Assembly (NCBI RefSeq): GCF_006345805.1
Contig: NC_043021.1
Coordinates: forward strand, 11,160,001 to 11,224,000
Direction of reading: 5' to 3'
Length of the DNA stretch: 64,000 nt
Source of the DNA: Octopus sinensis
Taxonomy: Eukaryota
The notes beneath the pieces are model-generated. The model ran no database searches. It was not told the DNA's origin and saw only the letters and a program-made list of their open reading frames with translations. The translations under genes were made by a program, and so were the position numbers. This document shows positions 59,622-64,000 of this stretch, piece after piece; position 1 is the stretch's first letter, and each line of letters opens with the position of its first letter.

Positions 59622-60719
59622 TTACTCATACACAGAATCTGTTATACTCATGCTTACAGGTTTGTGTACTTGGCCCGCAGACAAAGAGTAGACGTGGGCC
59701 TTCGTCCGTGGTTCCTCCATCAGCTTCTCCTGCATTCTTCCTATCACGAGAACAATCGCCTCACGAAACTTGCTGTTGCAATAACCGTAGATGAACGGAT
59801 TGAGGGAGTTGCCCAGAAAATAGGAGCGTAAACCGAGATTAAATATGATTTCCATCATGGGACTATGCGGTTTGAAACCTGCCAAGGCCCTCGAAATTTG
59901 TATGACCAGGCAGGGCATGAAACTCACTATGAAAAGTACGGTGACCATGAAAAATGTTTTCGTTGTCTTTTCGGACTTTACCTTTCGGTCTTTCTCTCGA
60001 TTTAGATCGGCCATTGTTCTCACAACTGTTCGTCCGTCGAGGTTTTGCCGCCCCAAGCGTGTCCTCACCGCCAGACCGATCATCGTGTAAGTGACAACCA
60101 GTATTATTAAACAAACTATAATGATGACGGCCAGGTACATGAAATAAATAAGTGGCCATTTCGATTTTTTGTATTTGTCACGTATGGCACAGTCAGTACC
60201 GTTGATGTAAGGCACATCCGTCGATTCCGTATCGATCCCCGCCAGTTCGATGATCGGACTGACCAGCACAGCGGACATCGTGGCTGTTAGAATGATCATC
60301 ATCTTCGCCCAACCCGACTGTATCTGTTCCTTCCCCAAGCACACCCTCTGGTAGCGATCCATGGCAATGATGACCAGCGTCAAGGAAGAGGCACCCGTCG
60401 AAAAAAACGAGGTGAAACGCAGAATTTTGCAGCCGAGTTCCCAGTTGAACATCAACGGTAGTTGATCGTCGGCGATCTCCGTCGGCATTCCAACCAGGCA
60501 GTTGAGCAGATCGAACGTGGACAGAGCTAAGATAAAAGAATTGGTCGATGTAGACTTGAACTTGCGACTGTACACATATATCACCAACGAGTTACCGACA
60601 ATGCCGAAAATCATGAGGAAGGACATTGTTATCGTGGATGGAACGGCGAAGCGGGCTTTTTTAGCATTCAGCTCCTCCAGCGTGTAAATATGCGTGTCGT
60701 TAGGGTGGAGTAGAATCAT
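59622..60719 (-). CDS. Intronless class A (rhodopsin-like) GPCR, 365 aa, peptide-receptor-like (CCK/orexin-receptor-like orphan); ligand unknown
   Basis: Seven hydrophobic segments, TM1 GN, TM2 LxxxD, Cys at top of TM3, MDRY, ECL2 Cys, TM6 FxxSFxP, TM7 NPFIY, helix-8 NSKFR. In-frame stop upstream at 60768-60770. Confidence 0.93.
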   Translation of the reverse strand: MILLHPNDTHIYTLEELNAKKARFAVPSTITMSFLMIFGIVGNSLVIYVYSRKFKSTSTNSFILALSTFDLLNCLVGMPTEIADDQLPLMFNWELGCKILRFTSFFSTGASSLTLVIIAMDRYQRVCLGKEQIQSGWAKMMIILTATMSAVLVSPIIELAGIDTESTDVPYINGTDCAIRDKYKKSKWPLIYFMYLAVIIIVCLIILVVTYTMIGLAVRTRLGRQNLDGRTVVRTMADLNREKDRKVKSEKTTKTFFMVTVLFIVSFMPCLVIQISRALAGFKPHSPMMEIIFNLGLRSYFLGNSLNPFIYGYCNSKFREAIVLVIGRMQEKLMEEPRTKAHVYSLSAGQVHKPVSMSITDSVYE

Positions 60720-60920
60720 TTTCAGGCCGTTGTTGTTGCTATTATTATTATTATTATTATTATTATATTATTATTATTATTATTATAAGTTGTTTGCTGT
60801 TGTTGTTGTTATTTTCAGTTTTGTTGCCTTTTCTTAATTATAAGATTATTTATATTACTATTGTTTCTGTAGTTATTGTTATTAACGTCGTTATTGTTAC
60901 AGTTGTTGTTGTTGTTGTTG

Positions 60921-60985
<65 letters not shown>

Positions 60986-61388
60986 GCTGTTGTTGCTGTT
61001 AATTATGCAATTTTTAAAGATCCAAGTCGACTAAGATAGAAATGCATATGTATGTGTGTCTGTGTGTGTGGATAAGGTTTTAAGTATTTAAAAAAAAAAC
61101 ACTAAATCAAAGAACAGATCGAAGCATTATTGATCGGAAATAATCTGTCGCCGTGGTAGTCGTTGTAGTTTTTCTCGTTTTCATAATTTGTGCTGGTTGA
61201 TGTTGTCTCCGTTGTATTGAATACATTCTGCTGCTACTGCTGCTTCTACGGCTGCTGCTGCTGCTTCTGTTGTTGTTGTTGTTGTTGTTGCTGTCGGTGT
61301 CGTCTCGTCTTTGTTGTAATTCTTCTTGGAGAAATACCGAAAATGATTGCCAACAGTGGATTGGAGTTCACCCTCACCTCTGTGTGTG

Positions 61389-61440
<52 letters not shown>

Positions 61441-61820
61441 TATATGAGTGCGTGTACTTGTGTATGCGTACGTGTGTGTGTGTGTGTCTGTGTGTCACAG
61501 ACACATTAACATTATGTCCTTGTGTGTTCGTTATGCAACGTTATAATTGTGAGAAAGATAATGTTCTTTTTTTTGGGGTTTCGTCTGTTTTTGCTAAACT
61601 TCCTCTTCTTTTTATTGTTTTTATTTTCTTCTATTTTTTTCTTCTCTTTCTTCTTCTCCTTCCTCTTTTTATTTATTTATTTATTTATTTATTTATTCTT
61701 CTGTTTATTTGTTTCTTCTTTCGCTCATCTGAAGATTGTCACTGAGACGAGGTAAAAAAATCACCTGGAAGAAGTAAGAGAAACATATGAAAAATGGTAT
61801 GCGATAAATGTAAACAGATA

Positions 61821-61875
<55 letters not shown>

Positions 61876-63677
61876 TAATAATAATAATAAAAACAACGCC
61901 GCTGCCGCAGACAACACCACCACCACCACCACCGATGATAATGATCAAAAAGTTCCTCGTATCTACGATTACCCTGACTTCCAAAAGTAAGTGCTCTTTT
62001 CCTCTGTTTTGCCTGTTCGAGAGGCACATGTTTGGGAGTACAAAAAGAGAGTACAAAAAGAGATCCAGCATGGCCAGTACACGAAGAAAACTGAGCAGAA
62101 TGTAAATAGACGAAGAAGAATCGCAACACTTGCTGACGGAACATGACTGGAGGTTTTGAAAAACGAGGGCTATTTGATGAAAGAACGATGCGGCTGTGGT
62201 GAAGAAAGAATTGGTCGCATTGTCTGTTGTTCTGCTGATTCATAGCCAAGACAAATTTGCTACTTACATACGCTACGAGTAGTTTTTTCTACTGGAAGCA
62301 CAAGACCTGAAATTTGGGGAAAGGGATTAAGTCAATTACATCGACCCCAATGCGTAACTGGTACTTATTCAATCGAACCCGAAAGGACGAAAGGCAAGGT
62401 CGCCTCGGCGGAATTTGAACTCAGAACATAGCTGCGGGCGAAATACCGCTAAGTATTTCGCCCGGTGTGCTAACGATTCTGCCAGCTCGCCACCTTACAT
62501 ACACTACAAGTAATGTCAGCATTATTAAATACCGACAAAAAAGAGAGCTTGAGGTCCGGTTGTTAAAAGTATGCAGTTCGGGTGGTGGAGGGCATTGTAG
62601 AGCCTAGAGTTAAACACTTGTTTGTGTGTTAGGGTAGTTTATTAACTTGTCTTTAATATTCGCAGGATCTTAAGGATGGTGCCGGAGATTAAAAACTTGT
62701 TGGAACCTGGGAAGTTAAGTGTTGTTTCTAAACACAAGGGACAGATGTTGAATTTCTCGTATTTCTGGTAATAAAAGACAGAGGGTCGGGCCTTAAATGT
62801 ATGCAGTTCGGGTTTCAATAAAGAGCTTCGGATCATAAACGTATGTTATCCGGGTGTTACAACGTATGAGGGTCGGGTGTTAAATGCATGCAGTCAGGTG
62901 ATAAACGTATATAGCCCAGATTAAAGCGCTTAAACTTCGGGGTGTTAAAAGTATGTGGTTTGGGTGTTTGAATGTTTGAATGTTTGAGAATTGTGCGTTT
63001 ATGTGAACCGGAAGTTAGTGTATAAGAATCAAATTTTCAATATGTCTGACGAAGAAAATATCAGCGAAAAGCCAGACGTCCTGTCTAAGCTAGAATAAAT
63101 GGCCCCTGGCAAAAAAAAAAAAAAAAATTGTGTGCAAAATTGGGTCGGGTGTAATTTGAACGCAGTGCTTAGCCTTCAGGTATAAACTAAACGCCACAAA
63201 TCGATTTTAATTTGTTATTCGCATCTCACGACTTTCGCCGCAAGACGACCTTTTAAATTAATCCTGTATTAAAACCTATAGCCTTCAACTCGAAATAATT
63301 TAGGTGTGTGTCTGCGCGCGTGCGCATGTGTGTGTGTTTGTTTGTTTGTTTGTGTGTGTGTGTGTGTATTTGCTGTCAGGAATGTTTATGGCACAATAAA
63401 ATACTGGAGATTACAGGCAGAATGCTGTTTTAAAGATGCATATGCATACACAGAAATGCGCACACCTCACAAACATACACACATACATACGTACATACAT
63501 ACATACATACATACAAACATACAAACATACATACATACACACATACATACATACAAACATACAAACATACACATATACATACAAACATACATACATACAT
63601 ACATACAAACATACAAACATACACACATGCATACATACATACATACATACATACATACAAACATACATACAAACATA

Positions 63678-63708
<31 letters not shown>

Positions 63709-63904
63709 GATATACACGTACATACACACATACATACGTACAAGCATGCATTCATACATACATACATACACACACATACACGCACGCACACATCAATTTA
63801 AATACACAACGGAAAAATCTGCTAATAGTTCCATGCCATTATGATACTTGAACAGGCATATTTATAAGATATGCCATATATCGTAAAGCAAATTTTCAGG
63901 CTCA

Positions 63905-63937
<33 letters not shown>

Positions 63938-64000
63938 CAGGAGTGGCTGTGTGGTAAGTAGCTTGCTGACCAACCACATGGTTCCGGGTTCAGTCCCACT

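Overview
Eukaryotic, AT-rich, microsatellite- and SINE-dense DNA. The repeat families and style suggest an octopus (coleoid cephalopod) genome; this is inferred, not verified. Most ORF-track entries are microsatellite or SINE read-throughs. Two genes are well supported. (1) A + strand TMCO4/DUF726 alpha/beta-hydrolase-like gene, assembled by hand from 13 phase-compatible GT-AG exons (ATG 8349 to stop 39227, about 732 aa), with a candidate upstream in-frame exon at 2092-2137. (2) An intronless rhodopsin-class peptide-receptor-like GPCR on the - strand (59622-60719). The rest is tRNA-derived SINEs, mariner, piggyBac, hAT-like and Helitron non-autonomous elements, CR1/RTE/Penelope-like fragments and tandem repeats. 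The most unusual region is 42.2-43.7 kb. On the - strand it holds a fragmented insulin/relaxin-like precursor (B-chain-like HICNDYSNILANVC, a KR site, A-chain CC-X3-C-X8-C). This is interrupted by a 227-bp copy of the TMCO4 last exon between 129-bp direct repeats, and by a mariner MITE. Several minimal hammerhead-ribozyme-like motifs occur in Penelope-like remnants. All coordinates and counts were read by hand.
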